Source: an uncultured Candidatus Saccharibacteria bacterium
GTDB lineage: Bacteria > Patescibacteriota > Doudnabacteria > UBA920
Assembly: GCA_964407465.1 (NCBI GenBank)
Contig: CAYOVR010000002.1
Location: 1-25,587, forward strand
Length of the DNA: 25,587 nucleotides
Direction of reading: 5' to 3'
This document shows, in pieces, positions 8,066 to 15,913 of the stretch. The notes beneath the pieces were generated by a model. The model was given only the letters and a program-made list of their open reading frames with translations. It was not told the origin of the DNA and made no database searches. The translations under genes were made by a program, and so were the position numbers. Each line of letters opens with the position of its first letter. Position 1 is the stretch's first letter.

Positions 8066-8589
8066 GATATACCTACTGGTGTAGAGTTAGGGTTGGTAAA
8101 GCTCCATGACAGAAATTTATGACAAACATCAATTTCACCAAGGTCTACATCATTATCGACCTTGTTCAGAAGCCACATTCTTACTCCTGGACATGCTGTT
8201 TGATATTGTTTAGCGCAATCACTACATTTATATCCATCACCAAACTCATTAGTATATTCTAATTCATTCCATAAGAGTCTGGTTGAATCAACAGTGATTG
8301 GACCTTCAGGACATGTGCAAGCCTTTTCATTGGCTTCACATCTAAAACAAATTGAATCCCAATAAGCATCCCAAATGGCATCAGGATCTTCTGTATTATA
8401 GGGAGTTATTTCCCCATAAGTATCTCCATAGGTCCATGTTTGTACATCAAAATGTTCATATACTTCGAAACACTCTTCACAATATGAATCTGTTCGAAAA
8501 ACTATATGAGAACAATTTTTATTGGGACAAGCAGCATACCAACGTTTACCTTGTGGACTATTTCTTGGATTCTGAAGAGACACCGCCAC
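8062..8589 (-). CDS. Cys-rich multi-zinc-finger protein (12 Cys)
   Basis: CPNKNC-x10-CEEC; CFRC-x6-CTC; CSDC-x7-C...CH. Coupled to E1 by an ATGA overlap. Confidence 0.7.
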   Translation of the reverse strand: MAVSLQNPRNSPQGKRWYAACPNKNCSHIVFRTDSYCEECFEVYEHFDVQTWTYGDTYGEITPYNTEDPDAIWDAYWDSICFRCEANEKACTCPEGPITVDSTRLLWNELEYTNEFGDGYKCSDCAKQYQTACPGVRMWLLNKVDNDVDLGEIDVCHKFLSWSFTNPNSTPVGIS

Positions 8590-9835
8590 GTGGAGACTCC
8601 TTTACGCCATCCCAGAAAATATGAAACTTTGAATCTGCAGATTTTGCTGAGGGATTATAGATAACAATCTTAGTACTATCTCTCTTAGCTGGATCTAGAT
8701 CAACAGTGTACTGACTAAGTGTTAGTCTAATCTTATGGATGTCTTCAATAGTTTCTCCTGGCATCAGTAAGAAGCTATTGCATCCAATGCATCTACGTCG
8801 AGTGATTTCCGTAGGCATCAAACTAGAGTGACAGCATGGGCACTTCTTAGGATTCTTCGTTAACTGAGTAACATAGATACATGCTCGGAAATCAGGAGCA
8901 CCTTCAGGAAGAACAACCTTAGGACGGGTAATAATGTTACGACCAGCAGGCAAACGAGAAACGTTGCTACCGTGTGTACCGGTGCCACCCTGTCCGTAGT
9001 GCTCCCAATGATTGTATTGTTTAGTATCTACTTCCTTAACTGAGACATTTTCAAGCCAGCCTTCAATCTCTGGCGTAAGTGCAGCAGCGGGCATAGCTTC
9101 GAATACATCAGTTGGGTTCAAGTAGAATGTTTGTCCCATAACTTGCAACTCAACATGATATTCAGTTGCATAGTTATTCTTTGCTTGCCAGCCATAAGTA
9201 ATATGCAAACCATCAAAGTCTGCCTGATCCTTATGATCAGTAGAAGAAGCAAAGGCACTCATCTTTGGATGAGAGTGTACAGAACCTACTACGTAAGCAC
9301 TCTTGGGTTTTTGTGCAACAATACTTTCAGGCTTATAATCGCAGTGTCCTGCTGTATTCTCCTGTTTTGGAGTAAGGATCCCCCAGCCTTCACTACCGCC
9401 AATCTTGGGATCCCAAGTCAGGATAATAATTGCTTCAGTACCGTGTCGATCTTCCGCAGCACGAAAAAAGGTATCAAGTTTAGCCACCATTTCCTGAGGA
9501 ATTTTTGGAAGGTTAAACTGAGCAGATACTTTAGTCTTATCCTTGCCTAAAACATCTGAAGGAGCAGGGACAAGAGCCCTACCCATGATGTCCTTACGGA
9601 ATCTAAAGATCTGAGGATGGATACGAGTCTTTGCTACATTATTATCTTTGAAATCAAATGTAGTTAGGCTAAGAACGAAACCCATGTCTACATCGTTCAG
9701 CTCGAGTTGATCCCAATCTGCATCAGATGTGACCACATAACATGGTTGCCCATTAGTAAGTTTAAATTGATTTAATTCCTCCAAAGGAATACGAACAACA
9801 GCTTCTTCTACGGGGACAGGGGTTGCCTCAGCCAC
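8558..9835 (-). CDS. JAB/MPN+ metallopeptidase (Prok-JAB, deubiquitinase-like) with C-terminal Zn ribbon
   Basis: Catalytic Glu in HGTEAIIIL, JAMM motif VGSVHSHPKMSAFASSTD (HxH-x7-S-x2-D), then FDGLHITYG; C-terminal CPCC-x13-CIGC. GTG start with AGAAAGGA upstream. Confidence 0.9.
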   Translation of the reverse strand: MAEATPVPVEEAVVRIPLEELNQFKLTNGQPCYVVTSDADWDQLELNDVDMGFVLSLTTFDFKDNNVAKTRIHPQIFRFRKDIMGRALVPAPSDVLGKDKTKVSAQFNLPKIPQEMVAKLDTFFRAAEDRHGTEAIIILTWDPKIGGSEGWGILTPKQENTAGHCDYKPESIVAQKPKSAYVVGSVHSHPKMSAFASSTDHKDQADFDGLHITYGWQAKNNYATEYHVELQVMGQTFYLNPTDVFEAMPAAALTPEIEGWLENVSVKEVDTKQYNHWEHYGQGGTGTHGSNVSRLPAGRNIITRPKVVLPEGAPDFRACIYVTQLTKNPKKCPCCHSSLMPTEITRRRCIGCNSFLLMPGETIEDIHKIRLTLSQYTVDLDPAKRDSTKIVIYNPSAKSADSKFHIFWDGVKESPRGGVSSESKK

Positions 9836-9889
9836 GGTGGCTTGAGTCCTTTCTCGTCATAATAATCAACATTATTGAATTTGATAAGA

Positions 9890-11566
9890 TCAAAAATTGT
9901 CGTCGTCTTCAGGTTCAGCTTGAGCTGTGTGAAATACTATATTTTTTGTTTTAAAACTAAAATATGTATCAGTTGATTTTGTGCTTTGATTTTCAATTCC
10001 TAAAGACATAAAAACTTGTTGATTTAATGGCTTATCTTTATCAAATATTTTATGAGCAACTAACTTTTGTTTAGCTGTATGAAAACATATGTTACAAACT
10101 TTATGCTTATTTAATCTATTCATAGTGAAATTCTTACACACAACACATGTAAGAATTCCCTTAGGTAGATTTGTTTTGTCATACCAACTTTTATCTACCG
10201 GAGAATAGATAGCATGTTCAGTTCTAATCCATTTGTTATTAAATGAACATAGAACAGCGTAGTTTTTAACTTCAGATGCTAAAGCATATCCATCTTCAAC
10301 TGGAACAGCAATATTATTCCCAATTACTTCTCCAGTAAATATACATTTCTGATCAGCGTAGGGTTTAACAAGAAGCTTTGGCTTCACTACGCTTTGTGGA
10401 GGAGTGATATGGATACTAAAGCTAGAGCTACTAAAACTTTTTCTTGTTGGCACATGTGATAAATCATTCATTAAAGAGCCAACATTTAGGAGTGAAGCGT
10501 CTTTACCTCGAGGATCATCTTCAGCAAAGATATCTAATCCATTAGGTAAATAAGTTAGGTCAACATCTTTAAAGTATTCAGGATGTGCTGTTTGAAAGTA
10601 TCTTGAAACAGGATCTGCTTGGGAGTAAGAGTTATGGCCAATACCATAAACTGCTGCACCCAAAGTATATGGAATACCTATCATTCCATTTATATAATCT
10701 TGTCTAGAGAATGAGGATTGACCTTTGTAATTCTCTTTCATGTAAGAATATATAGATTGAACTAAAAGTTCTTCATTAAGTTTCATAGATGAAAGATCAT
10801 AGTTATTAATTAAATCTGTGTTTGCTATGAGTCTATCGGTATTAATATTAAATACAGATATAGGAAGAAGATGTTCTTCTTTTAGAACAAAGTCTGGATC
10901 TTCTTTAGTATATTGCTGCCAGGCATTTGGACTAATAAATCCTGGATGAGCATTGTATCGCCAATACAGAGCTGCTCCATCGATCCAGCTCATGTTAGCG
11001 TTGTAGCCTTCGCCGCCACGGACACGAGCAATAGCTTTTTTAAGGCTAAGATTAAACTCGGGAGGATCATTCTCTTGATATAGACAAACCCAACCTAATC
11101 CTGAATGCCCATAGAACATAGCATTAGTGTTAGGAAGGTTCGTATGATAAAGCTGTTGATTCAAATTAATGATAGATTCAGGTGAATAAAAATGTCTAGC
11201 ACCTATGAGGTGTGATGACTTCTTATCTACTTGTATCAATCCTACAATGATAAGATATGGTTGTGATACTTCAAACCATTTAGAAGTATCAAAATTCAGA
11301 AAAGGAACTAACTGAGCTTTACTTCCGTTCACGAATATTTTTGTAGTAGATGGTTCAACTTGATATACAAACTGATAAAAATTTCTGTATCTTCTGAGTT
11401 GAAGTAGTCCTGTTCCGCTAACTGGGAGTAGTCCTGTATCAGAATAAGCTGAATTAACTTCTAAATCTAAGTTGTTAACAACTGATTTATTTTGTAGGTT
11501 ATTACCAAAATTAGTAGCTTTAATTAATTCTTCATTTTTATCAAGCTCAAAAGATATATTAGTCAT
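9890..11566 (-). CDS. Prok-E2 family D-like protein with long C-terminal extension and Zn ribbon (E2 paralogue 1)
   Basis: TGLLP..FVYQVEP..FEVSQPYLIIVG..QQLYHTNLPNTN..GLGWVCLY (E2-type PN...GxVCL active-site motif); C-terminal CVVC-x13-CNIC. Confidence 0.7.
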   Translation of the reverse strand: MTNISFELDKNEELIKATNFGNNLQNKSVVNNLDLEVNSAYSDTGLLPVSGTGLLQLRRYRNFYQFVYQVEPSTTKIFVNGSKAQLVPFLNFDTSKWFEVSQPYLIIVGLIQVDKKSSHLIGARHFYSPESIINLNQQLYHTNLPNTNAMFYGHSGLGWVCLYQENDPPEFNLSLKKAIARVRGGEGYNANMSWIDGAALYWRYNAHPGFISPNAWQQYTKEDPDFVLKEEHLLPISVFNINTDRLIANTDLINNYDLSSMKLNEELLVQSIYSYMKENYKGQSSFSRQDYINGMIGIPYTLGAAVYGIGHNSYSQADPVSRYFQTAHPEYFKDVDLTYLPNGLDIFAEDDPRGKDASLLNVGSLMNDLSHVPTRKSFSSSSFSIHITPPQSVVKPKLLVKPYADQKCIFTGEVIGNNIAVPVEDGYALASEVKNYAVLCSFNNKWIRTEHAIYSPVDKSWYDKTNLPKGILTCVVCKNFTMNRLNKHKVCNICFHTAKQKLVAHKIFDKDKPLNQQVFMSLGIENQSTKSTDTYFSFKTKNIVFHTAQAEPEDDDNF

Positions 11567-11567
11567 A

Positions 11568-11981
11568 TCAAAGGTCTTTATCTAGGTCCAATGTTTCAAG
11601 GCTAGAAGGAAGTTCGGTTGAAAAGTCACCGAAGACAGATGAACATAGATTAGGTTCTTGATTAAGAAAATCAGCAACAGCTAACAACTTATGAACCTTA
11701 TTGAGATCATCAATAAAAGTTGACACACGTTCTAAACATTTTGCAAGAACAGCTAACTCTTTAGGATTTGTAGATACACTAAGAATCATTTCAAGTATAG
11801 GCTTGTCGTCTATCATAGATTTTCTAACAAGCTTATCTAATCTTGCATGCAGTGCAGTGTCTCTTGCAAGAAGATCACGTTCAATATCTGCAATATCCCC
11901 GAACCGAATCTTTAATTCAGTTCGAGGATCTAGATTCTTTGGCAAAGTATCAGGGTAAAGATGTGTCGAATCTGATGTCAT
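11568..11981 (-). CDS. hypothetical helical protein
   Basis: 137 aa; ends 1 nt before the long E2 start. Confidence 0.75.
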   Translation of the reverse strand: MTSDSTHLYPDTLPKNLDPRTELKIRFGDIADIERDLLARDTALHARLDKLVRKSMIDDKPILEMILSVSTNPKELAVLAKCLERVSTFIDDLNKVHKLLAVADFLNQEPNLCSSVFGDFSTELPSSLETLDLDKDL

Positions 11982-12180
11982 CTTTTACCTTTCTTTTATT
12001 TTGTATGAATTCAATTATTTCTTGGATAGACCACCATATAGTAAATAACTCTAAGATTGTTTTGGTTATGATATCCACCAACTTATCTTTATTCTCAGGG
12101 TTACTTACATCGAATGGAATATCTAGAACAAGAGAATCTAATAACAAATCAAGTTTGTTTTCATAAACCTTTTTCAACAT
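11950..12180 (-). CDS. hypothetical protein
   Basis: 76 aa, in the gene series. Confidence 0.6.
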   Translation of the reverse strand: MLKKVYENKLDLLLDSLVLDIPFDVSNPENKDKLVDIITKTILELFTIWWSIQEIIEFIQNKRKVKDDIRFDTSLP

Positions 12181-12329
12181 ACCTTTTTCAAACCGTTTGT
12201 TCTATTGTGAGGCTCCGTAGGTATTAGACGTAAGTTATTTGACTGTACGTCTGATACTTTAGATACCTTATTGTTCAAATAATGTAAACTAGCTCCAACA
12301 ATTGGCAAAAATTTAATTAATATATGCAT
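12174..12329 (-). CDS. possible 51-aa hypothetical protein
   Basis: Hand-translated MHILIKFLPIVGASLHYLNN...GLKKVC; fills the gap and overlaps both neighbours; no clear RBS. Confidence 0.35.
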   Translation of the reverse strand: MHILIKFLPIVGASLHYLNNKVSKVSDVQSNNLRLIPTEPHNRTNGLKKVC

Positions 12330-12771
12330 AGTTTTTATTAAGCTTTCTTATGGCAGAGCTATCAGATCCCCAAATCATATATCCAATTTCCGCACCAATT
12401 CTAGCTACAGCTAACGTAATTAAGACTGGATAATCTATTAAGAGAGAGAAAAGTATAATACAACCTGAAGTAACGAGACAACTAACTGATCCCCAAGAAT
12501 AAACTTCAATCAGATCAGCTATACGTGTCTCGTCTTTATATATTGGAGTTGCACCAATTTCTATTGGTAAGATAGGAATCTTAATAAAGATTGGTAGTCC
12601 AACATTAAGATCTTTTTCTTTTGCAGATATATAGTGTCCTAGTTCATGCGAAACTAGTGTGGTTATGGACACTATTGTTTTGACCGGATGTATCCACGGT
12701 CGATACAGAAGTATTGATCCTAACAGACTCAATGGAGTAAGAATCCGTAGGGGTTTCCATGTTTCTCTCAA
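12313..12771 (-). CDS. M50-family (site-2-protease-like) membrane zinc metallopeptidase
   Basis: Hydrophobic segment then SHELGHY (HExxH), LPIFIKIP..IGA, further transmembrane segments and a GSD motif. Start uncertain: TTG 12771 or TTG 12732. The track's ATG 13035 lies deep inside whiB. Confidence 0.6.
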   Translation of the reverse strand: MRETWKPLRILTPLSLLGSILLYRPWIHPVKTIVSITTLVSHELGHYISAKEKDLNVGLPIFIKIPILPIEIGATPIYKDETRIADLIEVYSWGSVSCLVTSGCIILFSLLIDYPVLITLAVARIGAEIGYMIWGSDSSAIRKLNKNYAYIN

Positions 12772-13156
12772 TGTAGTTATGGATATATTTTGAGAATCTT
12801 TTTTCCTCTTCTTTATTCCAATTCTCTTTTTTAAAGTGGGAATAGATAGAGAAGATAAGTCTTTTACGTGTGGCTTCAGATGTTCCTCCCCAGACTCCAT
12901 ACTCTTCCTTAAGTGCGACTGAAAAGGTAAGACATTGGAGTTTAACCGGGCAGTTGACACACACTCTGGCTGTTTGTTCCTGATCAACTGCGCGTACAGG
13001 AAACATGTCATATGATTCATCCTCACAGAGAGCATCTTTAGACCAGAATATTTTCTGATACATAAGATCTTCTATCCAAGTATGGAATAGCTCTTCTGGT
13101 GTAGGTTCTTGCTCTTCTTCAGAGACTAATAGGCTGTCCTGCAATTTCATTAACAT
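12644..13156 (-). CDS. whiB: WhiB-family Fe-S transcription factor
   Basis: Four Cys (ALC..VCVNCPVKLQC) plus EEYGVWGGTSEATRKRL. Confidence 0.9.
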   Translation of the reverse strand: MLMKLQDSLLVSEEEQEPTPEELFHTWIEDLMYQKIFWSKDALCEDESYDMFPVRAVDQEQTARVCVNCPVKLQCLTFSVALKEEYGVWGGTSEATRKRLIFSIYSHFKKENWNKEEEKRFSKYIHNYIERNMETPTDSYSIESVRINTSVSTVDTSGQNNSVHNHTSFA

Positions 13157-13886
13157 ATTGTAAAGTAGAATTTTCTAAGTATTTAGATCCATCTACTGAT
13201 TCAGCAAAACCAGTTTGCATCATAACAGTATCTGGTTCTTGATCTAATACGGCACATACATTTTCATATTCTTGTAAAATTAAATTGAATTCTTCATACC
13301 AAACAGCAATCGTAAGTTCAATACATTCAATAAAATGTTGTGCTGATTTAACTGAAGTTTGAATTACTTTGTTTGCATGAATATCTTTAAGGGTATCTAA
13401 GATATCTTTATCTAGCCCATACTTTTCAGCTAATTCTGAAGATACTAGTTTCTGAGAATCATTAAGGATTCCCAGAAGAGTATAGCATTCTTCCATTCTG
13501 TTTTTGATAGTCTTTTCAACAACTCTGAATTTAGAAATAGCATCCATGCAAAAATGCTTACGCAAAATGTATGGATAGTTTCCATTACTTAGATAAGTTA
13601 AGACATCAATATTAGCATTATGAACAGGGTTAGTTTCATAAGGGATAAAGTATGTCTGAACGGCATGAGACATTAAGCTAATAGTATCTTCTAGGATTTT
13701 ACCAAACAAAGTGTTAACAAACTGAGCGCCAAGCATTGCTGTTGAATTATCCAACATGTTGGCACTAGCAGGACCAGTAATAAAATCAAAAGACTTATTT
13801 TGATTATTAGATTTGGTCTGGTTCGGTTCAGATGACAACTCTTCAAAGAGATCATCATCTGCGTTAGCATCATCCCATGGATTCAT
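13119..13886 (-). CDS. hypothetical protein
   Basis: 255 aa, acidic N-terminus, helical; no family recognised. Confidence 0.8.
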   Translation of the reverse strand: MNPWDDANADDDLFEELSSEPNQTKSNNQNKSFDFITGPASANMLDNSTAMLGAQFVNTLFGKILEDTISLMSHAVQTYFIPYETNPVHNANIDVLTYLSNGNYPYILRKHFCMDAISKFRVVEKTIKNRMEECYTLLGILNDSQKLVSSELAEKYGLDKDILDTLKDIHANKVIQTSVKSAQHFIECIELTIAVWYEEFNLILQEYENVCAVLDQEPDTVMMQTGFAESVDGSKYLENSTLQYVNEIAGQPISL

Positions 13887-13893
13887 CAGTAAG

Positions 13894-14328
13894 TTACCTA
13901 TGTTTAGTCGAACGAAAAGAAGTGAGAAGATCTAAATAATGCTTGGCTATTTCGTCAGCCATCCATACTGATCTACGAGGAACATGTTGTATTGTGAAAG
14001 GAAACTCTTCTTGAAGTAGTTTAACCGAATGATATAGAGGAATAAGAGATGGTGTTTTGCAAACACTTATATCATTGATATGGTTAACAACTAACATTGA
14101 ATCAGAATACACTATTGGATCAGGTAGGTCTGCCATAGCACACATAAGAACAGCACATAGTACTGCTTCATATTCTGCTTCGTTATTAGTTCGTCTCCCC
14201 AATCCTCTACCATATCTTAATACTTCTTTGTGGTTCTCAAATACAACCACCCCAAAAGATGCTTCGCCTAATTTATCTTCAGTTTGTCCATGACCTCTAC
14301 TTGCTCCGTCGCAGTATGCTTGAATCAA
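13894..14328 (-). CDS. rnhA: ribonuclease HI
   Basis: YCDGASRG, TNNEAEYEAV, YSDSMLVV, HVPR...ADEIA (D-E-D-D catalytic set); TTG start with GGAG 7 nt upstream. Confidence 0.9.
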   Translation of the reverse strand: MIQAYCDGASRGHGQTEDKLGEASFGVVVFENHKEVLRYGRGLGRRTNNEAEYEAVLCAVLMCAMADLPDPIVYSDSMLVVNHINDISVCKTPSLIPLYHSVKLLQEEFPFTIQHVPRRSVWMADEIAKHYLDLLTSFRSTKHR

Positions 14329-14452
14329 GATAACACTCCATTAAATAGATGATGTATCTCTATTTAGTAACAAAGGAGTGAGGTCAGAATCTGATCTGAA
14401 ATTTTTTTCAGTTTCAGCACCTTATTATGATTGGACAAGCTTGTTGTAGCTA

Positions 14453-14983
14453 TTAATAAGGAGAGAACAGATCAGCAATAAAATCAGGAGAACTACGAAT
14501 GAACTTTTCGCCAATATGTTTGTCGAGTTCATCATCTGAAATAGAGTTGTAAAAGTTTTGGAAGGTATCCTCGTCAAGACTAGATAGAATTGCATAGACA
14601 GAAGAGATAGAAAATAATGATTCTGATTTTAGAAATTCATTAAGTTCTTCTTGATCTATCTGAGGATCTTCTTCATAAAGTGCAGCTACAATAAATGATT
14701 CAAGAGCTTCTTGTATCCATTCAACAAGTTCTTGATACATCTTAATGATCTGCAATGCTAAAGTTAAATTATTGGTTCCTGCTCCGGCTAGTGCACCAGC
14801 ATAAGATGCGATAGCATGGGGGCCTGATTCAACTATATCTGAAACAGTATCATCTAATGCAAGAAAATCATCTTCCGTTAATTCAGATGCATCAGTAGGG
14901 GTAATAAAGTCTACTGCTCTATGTCCTTCATCTAACTCGATTAATTCGGGATCTTGCATCATAGAGATAATTTCTTCGATCAC
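14453..14983 (-). CDS. acidic hypothetical protein
   Basis: 176 aa, strongly D/E-rich. Confidence 0.75.
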   Translation of the reverse strand: MIEEIISMMQDPELIELDEGHRAVDFITPTDASELTEDDFLALDDTVSDIVESGPHAIASYAGALAGAGTNNLTLALQIIKMYQELVEWIQEALESFIVAALYEEDPQIDQEELNEFLKSESLFSISSVYAILSSLDEDTFQNFYNSISDDELDKHIGEKFIRSSPDFIADLFSPY

Positions 14984-14989
14984 GGCGGC

Positions 14990-15190
14990 TCAATTGTTAG
15001 AGTGGTTGTTAATGCCATTTAAAGCAGAGTTGTGAATATCCAGCAAGAAATTTCTTACTGATTCACCATCACAAAGAGTTTGACTAGCGAACTGACTAAG
15101 TCCGGTTTGTGATAAGAGTAGGATTTCTTTTAAATAGAATCCTTCTTGAACTGGAGCTTCAACAGACTTATCAGTTGTCATTTGTGACAT
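14990..15190 (-). CDS. hypothetical protein
   Basis: 66 aa; GGAGAAGG upstream. Confidence 0.65.
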   Translation of the reverse strand: MSQMTTDKSVEAPVQEGFYLKEILLLSQTGLSQFASQTLCDGESVRNFLLDIHNSALNGINNHSNN

Positions 15191-15470
15191 CTACCTTCTC
15201 CTCATCAAAAATTGATAATCCAACATCACCTAAATATTCTATTCTCTTCCAAAGTTCTCTCATTTCTTCAACTGTTTCTGTATCGAGAACTTCTTGATAC
15301 ATACTTTGTGATGCTGAATCTAAGATAGAATGCCATTGTCTATTAACACTATCAACAAGAAGAATCAACATCTTCCTAGATAGTTTAATATTACAATCTA
15401 ATTCAAGAGGGGTCGATGCCACGTACTTGAACCTTTTCTGAGGTTTCATAAGTTTTGGTAACAGCTTCAA
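15171..15470 (-). CDS. hypothetical protein
   Basis: 99 aa; start may be the second Met (MKPQ). Confidence 0.6.
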   Translation of the reverse strand: MKLLPKLMKPQKRFKYVASTPLELDCNIKLSRKMLILLVDSVNRQWHSILDSASQSMYQEVLDTETVEEMRELWKRIEYLGDVGLSIFDEEKVDVTNDN

Positions 15471-15909
15471 TTATCTTGCTGACATCTTTACCGTTGTTCT
15501 GGAAGTTGTCAGTAGAAGAAACAAGTTCTGTTTGCTTATTTTGCATTTCTTTAGCAATACGACGAAGCATACGTTCTTCTGTCTTCTTCTTCTGCCAAGC
15601 AATGCGACGCGTGCGAGCCTTAGCTGCATGCTCACGATTATGAATGTCGGAAGCAAGAGCCTTGTTAGCTTGGCGAATGAGTTTGTTGCCTAGACTAACT
15701 AATGCTCTACCAAGAGCAAGTTTCTGACCAACCTCAAGATTAAAATGATCATCATAATGAACCTTAGCTGATCCACTCATTGTCATTTTAAAATATGGTT
15801 CTAGATTCTTCTCATCCCATACACCAAGTTCGATGTTTGCAGTGGAGGCAGCACCGCTATGAAGAATCGTTCCGTTAATTCGGACATCATCTGAATTATG
15901 ATGAGACAT
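15403..15909 (-). CDS. hypothetical protein with basic coiled coil
   Basis: Likely start MSHHNSDD (ATG 15909) just after the TrmH stop, with AAGGA upstream. Confidence 0.7.
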   Translation of the reverse strand: MSHHNSDDVRINGTILHSGAASTANIELGVWDEKNLEPYFKMTMSGSAKVHYDDHFNLEVGQKLALGRALVSLGNKLIRQANKALASDIHNREHAAKARTRRIAWQKKKTEERMLRRIAKEMQNKQTELVSSTDNFQNNGKDVSKIIEAVTKTYETSEKVQVRGIDPS

Positions 15910-15913
15910 TATA

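Noticed and set aside
7016-11566. Reading the cassette as CBASS (Cap2/Cap3) or a classical PRTRC element
   Set aside because: No CD-NTase or effector, and no ParB, relaxase or PRTRC E/F gene is recognisable in the window.
12167-12191. Short direct repeat ACCTTTTTCAA x2
   Set aside because: Only 11 bp, low complexity and at a gene junction; no sign of an att site or array.
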